Source: an uncultured Clostridia bacterium (GTDB lineage: Bacteria > Bacillota > Clostridia > UBA1381). Taken from it: a DNA stretch of 16,306 nt. Location: NCBI GenBank assembly GCA_910578235.1, contig CAJTPP010000001.1, positions 68,974 to 85,279 of the forward strand, in the 5' to 3' direction. The position numbers and the translations under genes are program-made. The notes below the pieces were generated by a model, which was not told the origin of the DNA, did not search any database, and saw nothing but the letters and a program-made list of their open reading frames with translations. Shown here piece after piece: positions 1 to 7,461 of this stretch (positions are counted from its first letter, which is position 1; the number at the start of each line of letters is the position of its first letter).

Positions 1-1
1 G

Positions 2-3000
2 GACGAGCCGAAAGAAATAATATACAGCGAGGATTTTGAAAAGTATAGTGTAGGCGATAAAGCAGGCTGGACTTCACCAGCGGGAACTGTATCGGTAAAG
101 TCTGACAATACAATCGGTATTGGTAAATATCAGACAGTTGTGTCTGGCAAGAGCGGTACATGTCGAAGCGGATATGTTGAACTTCCGAAGGCAATATCAG
201 AAAATTTTGTGTTTGAATGTGATTATAAATCTACTTCAGATATAAATGTATCAGATCTGGAGTTAGTGGAAAATAAAAATTCAATATACTCAAATCACGG
301 TGTATATTCAAATGCTAACTTTGCGTTTACTATGGCAAGGCCAAGAAACTCAAATTGTTATGTGTTAAATAATAAGTCGGATGACAGCGGTTTGTCTGTT
401 GCCAGTTATTCTGATCCCATCTTTAAAACAAAAGATATTACAGATAATCCGTGGATACATGTAAAGGTTGTCGGTGATATGACAAATCAAAAGGTTATTG
501 TATATATAACATCACTGGACGGAAAAGAAGAATATCATCATGGAATGTATGATATGAATGTGGGAAGAGGGAATAAAATAACCTCATGGAAATGTATTCA
601 TTTACTTTCTCCGACAACAGGAGGTGATACCTGTATTGATAATATTGAAATATATAAAGCTCGCAAGTCAGATCTTGCACCTATATATCATAAAGTAAAA
701 ATGATATGCAAGGCATATTCATTTGAGCAATATGTTCTGGATGGTGAGAGCGTTATAAATATTCCTGATATTTCAAGCTACGGACAGCATTTCGAGGGCT
801 GGAGTATAGGCAATGATACAACAAAGTATACGAGCGAGCAGTTAAAAAGCGTGCCTATAACTGCTCAATGTGAGATAATCGGCCACATAGGCGAAGGTTA
901 TATTGAAGCGCTAAGCAATATAGAATTCAAGGATTTTCCTGCGGGTAATGAACTTGTTATGGGAGCGGATGAAAATACGTTTGGTTCAAATCTTATTTCG
1001 GTTTCAATTACAGGTGAACAGGGTACAAGTCTTGTTACAAATCCTGACAATAGAGTAACAGATTATAAAGTGGAATGGACATTTGACGGTTTTCGCACGC
1101 TTGATGGCGCTCCTACAGGTGAAAGCGGGAATAAATACTGTGACAGTTATGCTCTTTTAGAAACGACAGACATATCTCATAACACAGCGGTGAATTTTAA
1201 ATTAAAGAAAACATCCGCTAATTATTATGGCAAAGTAACAGCTACAGTCACTTATAACGGAAAAATGCTCGCAGTATCAAAACCGCTTGTGCTATTGGGC
1301 GATAAATCGCAAAACAGTGCGGTTATTCTTCCAAAAGGCGGATATACAGCGAACTTTAATAAATACGAAAGCTCCCTAATGGGATATGATGCGGAAAACA
1401 ACGACATAGTCACAGGAGACTGGTCTAAGTCAGGCTCAGACGTAACATATATGTCTTTACAATCCGATAACAGCGGACAATTCCTGTCGTTTTCCAGAAT
1501 GGCAATCGGAAATTCGTCCTTTACGCATCAGGAAACAGGCAATATTGAAGGAGAAACCGTATTTGAGCAGGATATACGCTTCGGCATGAACGGAAGCATT
1601 GAATACGGCGCAGACACGTCAAAAGGCACTACCACGGCGTTTAACTCAACAGCGTTTAAGCTGAGCTTTGCAAATTCAAAATTCAGTTTTAACGGCAAAG
1701 AAATAGGCTCAGGCGCAAAGGATACATGGTATCATATTGTTATAACCGCCGACCCGACTTCAAAGCTTTGCAATGCAAAAATATATGAAAGCGATACACT
1801 TACAGCTCAATCGGAAACGGTTCCCTTTGACAGCAGCTTTACAGAGGGCAAATATCTGAGGTATACGCTCAGTGATAAGACTGCTAATACGGCAATAGAT
1901 GTCAACAATGTGATTGTACGCAGAGCTGAAATTGACGAAGATACATTTATTGTAACAGCTCCGCAGACTGCGGATATTCCAGAGAGCGGAACGCAAACGG
2001 CAGATTTGACAGTAACCGCAAAAACAGAGGACGGTACAAATGCGCTCGGAAAAGCCGAATGGATAATTGATGATGAATTTGCCGAGGGCGTAAGCATTGC
2101 TTCTACAGGCAATCAATCGGCACAGCTTAGTATAAGCGCAAACGCGTCATCAGGCGAGCTTCCTATAAAAGTTACAATAGACGGATGGTCAAAGACTGTA
2201 AATATAAAGCTGATAGGAACAAAAAATAATATCGCCTTTACAAGTGCGCCGACAGGCGTGCAGATCGGCACAAACGCGCAGTACAGCGCAGTTTTAAGAA
2301 ACGGTCAGGGCGATACAATCACCGGCGATATTACATATGAGTTATACAATGCTGAAAACACGGCAAAAATAACTCCTACAGGAATTAGCATAAACTCCTC
2401 AACGGGCGAGCTGACCGTTTCTGAAGATACGGCAGCACAGATTATAGGTATCCGCGCGTCAAACGGCGATATAAGTAAATTTGTAAGAGTAAATGTATAT
2501 GACCTTAAATTTGCGTTCGGTACAGGTAGCGTTAAAGACGGCTACACACCTGTCAGCGCGTCCACTACATACAGCGAAAACCGAGGCTACGGAATAGAGG
2601 GGACAGCAACAGTCGGAAACGGAACAATGTCAAATCTGACATTTAAGGTAAAGCTTGAAAAAGGTAAGGTTTATAATGTTAAGGCGAAGTATAATGGCAA
2701 AATTGTATGTGAGAAAATCAACTCGTCCTTAACAGGTTTTGAACGCTTAAAATCCGCTCTTGAAACCGACACATATGACGTCGCAATTTTCGGAGATAAT
2801 ATTATGGACATAACTGTTCCGAAAGACAGCGTGATAGCGTCAGTAGAGATTACTCCTGTTACTAAAACTAAGGCAAGTAAGCCCGATTGGTGGGCAATAG
2901 GCGACTCGACCGTACAGCAAAACGGCTCGTGGGGGTATACTATTGCAGCAACTGAAACAACAGACCTTTCAAAGTATCCCGAGCTTGCAGAGGTTGTTAA

Positions 3001-3604
3001 TGGTTTCCACAACAGCGGAAAAGCGGGCGAGCAGCATAGAAACTTCTATTCAAACGGCAGACTGAACAGTATTTTAACAAAAATGAATATTGGCGATGTT
3101 GTTTCCATAAGCGGTATGGGCACAAACGACTCGTCAAGCACGCTTGAGCAGTTTAAGGCGTATGATGAAGCGTATATGAACGCTATTATTGATATGGGCG
3201 GCTATGTAATACTCGGTTCATATACTCCATCAGGAAATTACGGCGCGACAGAGGGCAATGTTTATGACGCCGATACAATGACATTTAAGGGTATGCGTAC
3301 AAACGCATATGACAGAGCGATTAGGGAATTGTATGGGGAAAACAGGGATAACCCGAAGCTATTAGGCTTCATAGATATAGGCAAAATAGCGGATGAAAAA
3401 ATGACTGCTGATGTAAAAGCGGTATATGATACGGAAATATCAGAAGGAAAAAACGAAACTGGGGCAAGAACTGCAGCAAATGTAAAGGCAGAGGAAATGA
3501 TGGCGTGGTGGAAAGACTACAACCATTATTATACAACCTTCTCAAACTATATTTTACCTGATATTATATCTGAAGCTGTAAAGCTTATACAGCAAATACA
3601 ATAA
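2..3604 (+). CDS. Large secreted/surface multidomain protein, 5'-truncated by the window edge: LamG-like beta-sandwich modules + Ig-like (Big_2-type) repeats + C-terminal SGNH/GDSL esterase domain (rhamnogalacturonan-acetylesterase-like)
   Basis: The frame of the 140..3604 ORF stays open back to nt 2 (DEPKEIIYSEDFEKYSVGDKAGW...). The GTG at 140 is therefore internal and the true start is upstream of the window. Stop is TAA at 3602-3604. Two modules share one pattern (..FVFECDYK..WIHVKVVGD..IDNIEIYKA and ..FEQDIRFG..WYHIVITAD..IDVNNVIVRRA). There is a HFEGWSIG Listeria/Bacteroides-type repeat and at least two Ig-like repeats (..LTVTAKTEDG..IKVTIDG.., ..YSAVLRNGQGD..TGELTVSED..). SGNH catalytic blocks are present: GDS (Ser codon 2906-2908), GTND (3119-3130) and DxxH as DYNH (3515-3526). 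Confidence 0.8.
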   Translation, partial: DEPKEIIYSEDFEKYSVGDKAGWTSPAGTVSVKSDNTIGIGKYQTVVSGKSGTCRSGYVELPKAISENFVFECDYKSTSDINVSDLELVENKNSIYSNHGVYSNANFAFTMARPRNSNCYVLNNKSDDSGLSVASYSDPIFKTKDITDNPWIHVKVVGDMTNQKVIVYITSLDGKEEYHHGMYDMNVGRGNKITSWKCIHLLSPTTGGDTCIDNIEIYKARKSDLAPIYHKVKMICKAYSFEQYVLDGESVINIPDISSYGQHFEGWSIGNDTTKYTSEQLKSVPITAQCEIIGHIGEGYIEALSNIEFKDFPAGNELVMGADENTFGSNLISVSITGEQGTSLVTNPDNRVTDYKVEWTFDGFRTLDGAPTGESGNKYCDSYALLETTDISHNTAVNFKLKKTSANYYGKVTATVTYNGKMLAVSKPLVLLGDKSQNSAVILPKGGYTANFNKYESSLMGYDAENNDIVTGDWSKSGSDVTYMSLQSDNSGQFLSFSRMAIGNSSFTHQETGNIEGETVFEQDIRFGMNGSIEYGADTSKGTTTAFNSTAFKLSFANSKFSFNGKEIGSGAKDTWYHIVITADPTSKLCNAKIYESDTLTAQSETVPFDSSFTEGKYLRYTLSDKTANTAIDVNNVIVRRAEIDEDTFIVTAPQTADIPESGTQTADLTVTAKTEDGTNALGKAEWIIDDEFAEGVSIASTGNQSAQLSISANASSGELPIKVTIDGWSKTVNIKLIGTKNNIAFTSAPTGVQIGTNAQYSAVLRNGQGDTITGDITYELYNAENTAKITPTGISINSSTGELTVSEDTAAQIIGIRASNGDISKFVRVNVYDLKFAFGTGSVKDGYTPVSASTTYSENRGYGIEGTATVGNGTMSNLTFKVKLEKGKVYNVKAKYNGKIVCEKINSSLTGFERLKSALETDTYDVAIFGDNIMDITVPKDSVIASVEITPVTKTKASKPDWWAIGDSTVQQNGSWGYTIAATETTDLSKYPELAEVVNGFHNSGKAGEQHRNFYSNGRLNSILTKMNIGDVVSISGMGTNDSSSTLEQFKAYDEAYMNAIIDMGGYVILGSYTPSGNYGATEGNVYDADTMTFKGMRTNAYDRAIRELYGENRDNPKLLGFIDIGKIADEKMTADVKAVYDTEISEGKNETGARTAANVKAEEMMAWWKDYNHYYTTFSNYILPDIISEAVKLIQQIQ

Positions 3605-3620
3605 ATACAACTCTCTCTTT

Positions 3621-3664
3621 AAAGCATGAATTGCCTGTTTTATACAGGTAGTTCATGCTTTTAT
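3621..3664 (+). terminator. Rho-independent terminator of the esterase gene
   Basis: An ~18-bp nearly perfect stem pairs AAAGCATGAATTGCCTGT (3621-3638) with ACAGGTAGTTCATGCTTT (3644-3661), using two G-U wobbles. The loop is 5 nt (TTTAT) and the structure runs into a short T stretch, 17 nt after the stop codon. Confidence 0.7.
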
Positions 3665-3667
3665 ATA

Positions 3668-3691
3668 ACAAATGCAAGCAAGCACATTTGT
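3668..3691. promoter_or_regulatory. Inverted repeat ACAAATG-N10-CATTTGT just upstream of the transporter promoter (candidate operator, or a second hairpin)
   Basis: The 7-bp arms (3668-3674 and 3685-3691) are perfectly complementary. The 3' arm ends 18 nt upstream of the -35 box. No known motif was recognised. Confidence 0.2.
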
Positions 3692-3709
3692 AAAAATACG
3701 GAAGTTATA

Positions 3710-3738
3710 TTGAAAATTATTCTTGTTTATGATATAAT
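3710..3738 (+). promoter_or_regulatory. Sigma-A type promoter for the NSS transporter
   Basis: TTGAAA (3710-3715), a 17-nt spacer, then TATAAT (3733-3738), with an extended -10 TG (TGaTATAAT, 3730-3738). It sits 54 nt upstream of the ATG. Confidence 0.6.
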
Positions 3739-3791
3739 AAAAATAATATTATAATGTAAACATATAAAAAGGATTGTCTGGTGGAAAGGTT

Positions 3792-5267
3792 ATGGGAAAA
3801 AGAGAAAAATTTAGTTCAAGACTGGGATTTATATTAGTATCTGCCGGATGTGCGGTAGGACTTGGCAATGTATGGAAATTTCCGTATATGTGCGGTCGAT
3901 ATGGTGGTGCGGCGTTTATTTTAATATATCTTGTCTTTCTTCTTATACTGGGATTTCCGATTATTATCTGTGAGTTTTCAGTGGGACGAGGAAGCCAGAA
4001 AAGCTGTGCAGCTTCATTTAGAAAACTTGAAGCAAACGGGGCGCGATGGCATCATTACAGTTATTTCTGCATGGCTGGAAATTACTTGCTTATGATGTTT
4101 TACACTATGGTTTCCGGATGGATGTTATACTATTGCTATCGCTGTGCAATCGGTGAATTTACAGGTACAGTGTTAACAGCCGCGGCTGTAAAGGATAAAT
4201 TTACAGATATGACTGCTTCACCAGGAACTTTGATTATATGGACTATACTATCAATTATTCTTGCGTTTGGCATTTGTTCAAGAGGACTGAAAAAAGGGGT
4301 AGAGAAGATTACAAAAATAATGATGGTATGTTTGTTGGTGCTTATTGCAGTTCTGGCGATTCATTCTGTTATGCTTCCGAGCGCTATAGAGGGAGTTAAA
4401 TTTTATTTAATTCCTGACTTTCAGTCAATAATTGATAATGGTATAGGAAATGTTGTATTTGGCGCAATGTCCCAAGCGTTTTTTACGCTGAGTTTAGGAA
4501 TTGGTGCAATGGCGATTTTTGGAAGTTATCTTGATAAAAGTCGTTCTCTTGCCGGTGAAGCATTAAGTATAGGAATACTTGATACTTTTGTTGCTCTTAT
4601 GGCAGGACTTATTATAATTCCAGCATGTTTTTCATTTGGAATTGAGCCGGATGCCGGACCATCGCTGATATTTATTACACTGCCTAACATCTTTAATCAG
4701 ATGGCAGGAGGGCGTATATGGGGAACATTGTTCTTTTTGTTCCTGTCCTTTGCGGCGTTATCAACCGTGATTGCAGTATTTGAAAATATTATATCCTTTG
4801 CGATGGATCTGTGGGGCTGGAGCAGAAAAAAATCAGTTATAGTAAATATTGTAGCAATTATTATTTTGTCTATACCGTGTATTCTCGGATTTAATATTTT
4901 GTCACAATTTCAGCCACTTGGTGAAGGAAGTAACATTATGGATTTAGAAGATTTTCTCGTATCAAACAATTTGCTTCCTATAGGTTCTATTGTATATCTT
5001 CTTTTCTGTACTACCAGAAACGGATGGGGGTGGAATAACTTTATTAAGGAGGCTAACAGTGGTAAGGGAATGAAACTGTCTGAAAAAATAAAATGGTATA
5101 TGACATATGTTTTACCTATTATTGTAGTTGTCATTTATCTTAAAGGATATTATGATATGTTTAGTTCTAAGGGAATAGTATATATGGTGCCATGGTTTGC
5201 TGTAGCTATCATATTCCTTGGAGTCGTATTCTGGATGGCATTTAGCCGAAAGAGAAAAAAGCTATAG
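3792..5267 (+). CDS. Sodium-dependent transporter, neurotransmitter:sodium symporter (NSS/SNF) family; substrate unknown
   Basis: The NSS TM1 signature GLGNVWKFPY is at nt 3858-3887, preceded by the typical RLGFILVSAG. The protein has many hydrophobic helices throughout. I prefer ATG 3792 (MGKREKFSSRLGF.., with GGTGGA at 3780-3785, 6 nt upstream) over the ORF-track TTG at 3774. Confidence 0.9.
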   Translation: MGKREKFSSRLGFILVSAGCAVGLGNVWKFPYMCGRYGGAAFILIYLVFLLILGFPIIICEFSVGRGSQKSCAASFRKLEANGARWHHYSYFCMAGNYLLMMFYTMVSGWMLYYCYRCAIGEFTGTVLTAAAVKDKFTDMTASPGTLIIWTILSIILAFGICSRGLKKGVEKITKIMMVCLLVLIAVLAIHSVMLPSAIEGVKFYLIPDFQSIIDNGIGNVVFGAMSQAFFTLSLGIGAMAIFGSYLDKSRSLAGEALSIGILDTFVALMAGLIIIPACFSFGIEPDAGPSLIFITLPNIFNQMAGGRIWGTLFFLFLSFAALSTVIAVFENIISFAMDLWGWSRKKSVIVNIVAIIILSIPCILGFNILSQFQPLGEGSNIMDLEDFLVSNNLLPIGSIVYLLFCTTRNGWGWNNFIKEANSGKGMKLSEKIKWYMTYVLPIIVVVIYLKGYYDMFSSKGIVYMVPWFAVAIIFLGVVFWMAFSRKRKKL

Positions 5268-5312
5268 TTCTCCAGTCTTGTACTGTTTAATAACTTATTG
5301 CTTATGCTACTT

Positions 5313-5356
5313 AGAACAAAAAAACAAGCTTGACATATCGCTTGTTTTTTTGTTCT
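5313..5356. terminator. Bidirectional Rho-independent terminator between convergent genes
   Basis: A perfect 16-bp stem pairs GAACAAAAAAACAAGC (5314-5329) with GCTTGTTTTTTTGTTC (5340-5355) around a 10-nt loop. The A7/T7 runs inside the arms give a U-tract on either strand. The plus strand continues with TTTATTTTT. Confidence 0.7.
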
Positions 5357-5509
5357 TTATTTTTAAAGTACGTAACAAGGGGATAGTGCATAAAATATGA
5401 AATAAGCATAACGCTAATTTAAGTCGAATAAATCACTCTTTATTATACTTAGATGTATATTTTTATTATTCTCATAAGCATAGCGTTAACAAACAACAAA
5501 TCACAGCTC

Positions 5510-7369
5510 TCAAGAGCGTGTTAATGGTGCCATCTTCTCAAGCGGTTGCAGCGTTGTTAGATCCCAAAGGAAAGCCACAAGACGATCGGACTGCGGAATT
5601 TCAGTCCGCATCTCCACAGTATATGTCAAATTTGAATTATTTACAAGTGTAGCCTGACCAATCGCATCTAATGTTCCGCTTTCATTATATGCGGCGATCA
5701 ATATAACACCATTTTTAGGAGGCCTGCTGGAAAGCTGGAACGTCACAATGGAGCCCTGCACGTCCGCTGTGACATTACCCCACTCAAAATCCGTTTTGAC
5801 ACCAGTGGCAGGGATAACCTCGCGTAAAGTTTCATCACAGATGGTACAGGAGTAAATTCTCAACCCATCTTCGGTTTCGGTCGCCTCCTGAATTACTTCA
5901 CTCCTACCCCATTCATGCTCATGTTTGGGGTTTGGATCTGGATCTTTAGGCAGCTCTCCGTAATGCATTGTTACCCTTTGCAAAATAGATGTTAAATCAG
6001 GTGATTTCCAAATATTATTCCATTGCGCTTCTGTGCCTTTAAAGTATATGTCCGTCAAAGCAGTATTGATAAAAGCGTTTCTCTCTATATCTGTTACACT
6101 GTCCGGAATGATAAGGACGGACATAGTGCGACAGGAACTAAACGCAGACTCTCCGATTGTTGTTACACCTTGAGGGATTTCCAGACCGGTAAACATATAA
6201 TAGCAGTTATAGAACATCTCTGTACTGATTTTGTCTATATGTTCAGGAAGTGTAAAAGGAAACAGATTCCAGCACCCCATAAATAGATTATCGCCCATTT
6301 TTACGGTGTTTTTATTACCAGACGCAAATGTCACAAAGTTCAGTGCTGTACAATTATAAAAGGCTCCAGATCCCAAATCTGCGATACTGGCAGGCAAATC
6401 TACAGATACCAGCTTCGTGCATCCCTGAAAAGCTCGTTGCCCGATTGAGCTTACTCCTTCCATCATAGACGCAAGCGCAAGATTTGCACATGCGCGAAAA
6501 GCATCATCACCAATGTTTTTTACACTTCCCGGAATAGTCACAGAAATCAGCGAGCTTTCACGGAAAGCGTTGCTTTTAATTTCTGTCACAGTATCAGGGA
6601 TTCTGATGGTAAGCGAGTTACTCATCCAAAAGGCGGCCTTACCAATCGTCGTAATGCCATCTTCTATCACGATTTTCATAATTTTATCATTGTAACTGTA
6701 CCACGGCTGATCTGAACAACTGTTAAAATCAGGCATAGCTCCTGTACCAGAGATGGTCAGAGTTCCCGCCTTTGTCAGCGACCAGCTAAGTCCAGTACCA
6801 AATTGTCCATTCACAATGAGTTCATTGGCACTTTCGTCTGTCGGCGGAATGTAGCCCTCCGGATAGCGTGTAATATAATGGCTAACATCTCTTTTGAATT
6901 CAGCTTCTGTCATGGTGCGTCCCCAATGAACTTTTCCCAAGTAATTTCCCTCTGCTAATACCAGTCCATTGTCACTCACTTGAAGAACGATTACAGTATG
7001 GGTATCATTGTTTGTACGTAGGATATCTCCAATTTTTACCTGATCAATCGAAACTGACGTGTACTGCCTTGCAGGCAAATTCCCAAAGGCTATGTCGCTT
7101 AACTGAAACGCGAACGCCACACAACCTGTTGCAATAATGTTTTTCCCATCGATGGGTCCACCTTTAAAATTTTTATAGGTATGCGTGTGATCATTCCATA
7201 TCGTTCCTTCCGCTAACCCTTCAACATTCTTCTGGGCAATGAGGATGTTATAGACCTCATCAGGGGTAGGAACCGCATCGTCGTCCGCAGCCAGAGATGA
7301 GTATGGCAGCAAAGACAGTATTATACCTAAAGCCAGATAAATGGCTAATAGACGTTTCCATAGTTTCAT
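5510..7369 (-). CDS. Secreted protein: signal peptide + CHAP/NlpC-P60-like cysteine amidase/peptidase domain + ~9 BspA-type leucine-rich repeats (LRR_5) + Cys-pair motif + C-terminal beta-rich domain
   Basis: AGGAGG (7378-7383) lies 8 nt upstream of the ATG at 7369. The signal peptide is MKLWKRLLAIYLALGIILSLLPYSSLA/ADD. The CHAP-like pattern comprises ATGCVAFAF (Cys83, codon 7121-7123), GDILRTNNDTHTVIVL (His124, codon 6998-7000) and LVLAEGNY. Repeats follow the form IPxxVTxIxxxAFxxCxxLxxV (e.g. IPGSVKNIGDDAFRACANL, LPASIADLGSGAFYNCTAL, IPQGVTTIGESAFSSCRTM). Confidence 0.85.
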   Translation of the reverse strand: MKLWKRLLAIYLALGIILSLLPYSSLAADDDAVPTPDEVYNILIAQKNVEGLAEGTIWNDHTHTYKNFKGGPIDGKNIIATGCVAFAFQLSDIAFGNLPARQYTSVSIDQVKIGDILRTNNDTHTVIVLQVSDNGLVLAEGNYLGKVHWGRTMTEAEFKRDVSHYITRYPEGYIPPTDESANELIVNGQFGTGLSWSLTKAGTLTISGTGAMPDFNSCSDQPWYSYNDKIMKIVIEDGITTIGKAAFWMSNSLTIRIPDTVTEIKSNAFRESSLISVTIPGSVKNIGDDAFRACANLALASMMEGVSSIGQRAFQGCTKLVSVDLPASIADLGSGAFYNCTALNFVTFASGNKNTVKMGDNLFMGCWNLFPFTLPEHIDKISTEMFYNCYYMFTGLEIPQGVTTIGESAFSSCRTMSVLIIPDSVTDIERNAFINTALTDIYFKGTEAQWNNIWKSPDLTSILQRVTMHYGELPKDPDPNPKHEHEWGRSEVIQEATETEDGLRIYSCTICDETLREVIPATGVKTDFEWGNVTADVQGSIVTFQLSSRPPKNGVILIAAYNESGTLDAIGQATLVNNSNLTYTVEMRTEIPQSDRLVAFLWDLTTLQPLEKMAPLTRS

Positions 7370-7401
7370 AGAGATTTCCTCCTAATATTTATTATTTTTC
7401 C

Positions 7402-7430
7402 ATTTTACTATGTTTCAGGCAAAATGTCAA
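7402..7430 (-). promoter_or_regulatory. Sigma-A type promoter dedicated to the CHAP-LRR gene
   Basis: On the minus strand: TTGACA (7425-7430), a 17-nt spacer, then TAAAAT (7402-7407). The predicted start near 7395 leaves a ~26-nt leader that carries the AGGAGG. Confidence 0.6.
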
Positions 7431-7432
7431 TG

Positions 7433-7454
7433 AAAAAAGAAACGAAAAAGTTTC
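7433..7454 (-). terminator. Weak candidate terminator after the GNAT gene
   Basis: The minus strand reads GAAAC-TTTTTC-GTTTC followed by T6. The stem is only 5 bp, so this is marginal. It lies 8 nt after the GNAT stop and immediately upstream of the -35 box above. Confidence 0.3.
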
Positions 7455-7461
7455 ATTTATT

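Noticed and set aside
495-3012. Antisense ORFs inside the esterase gene (495..680, 1760..2116, 1807..2112, 2671..3012, all minus strand).
   Set aside because: They lie wholly within a long sense ORF that has clear domain motifs. They lack SD sequences, two of them overlap each other in different frames, and their products are low-complexity with no recognisable motifs. This is typical of shadow frames.
5510-7369. The CHAP-LRR gene as a recent horizontal acquisition, based on higher GC than its neighbours.
   Set aside because: Hand counts of a few 60-nt samples gave about 45-50% GC in most of this gene, against about 25-38% in the adjacent GNAT and NSS genes. Samples from the ftsK motor region and the esterase gene also reach about 48-50%. 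The contrast is therefore within the window's normal gene-to-gene variation. No integrase, tRNA target or flanking direct repeats were found. A proper k-mer and codon-usage test against the whole genome is needed.
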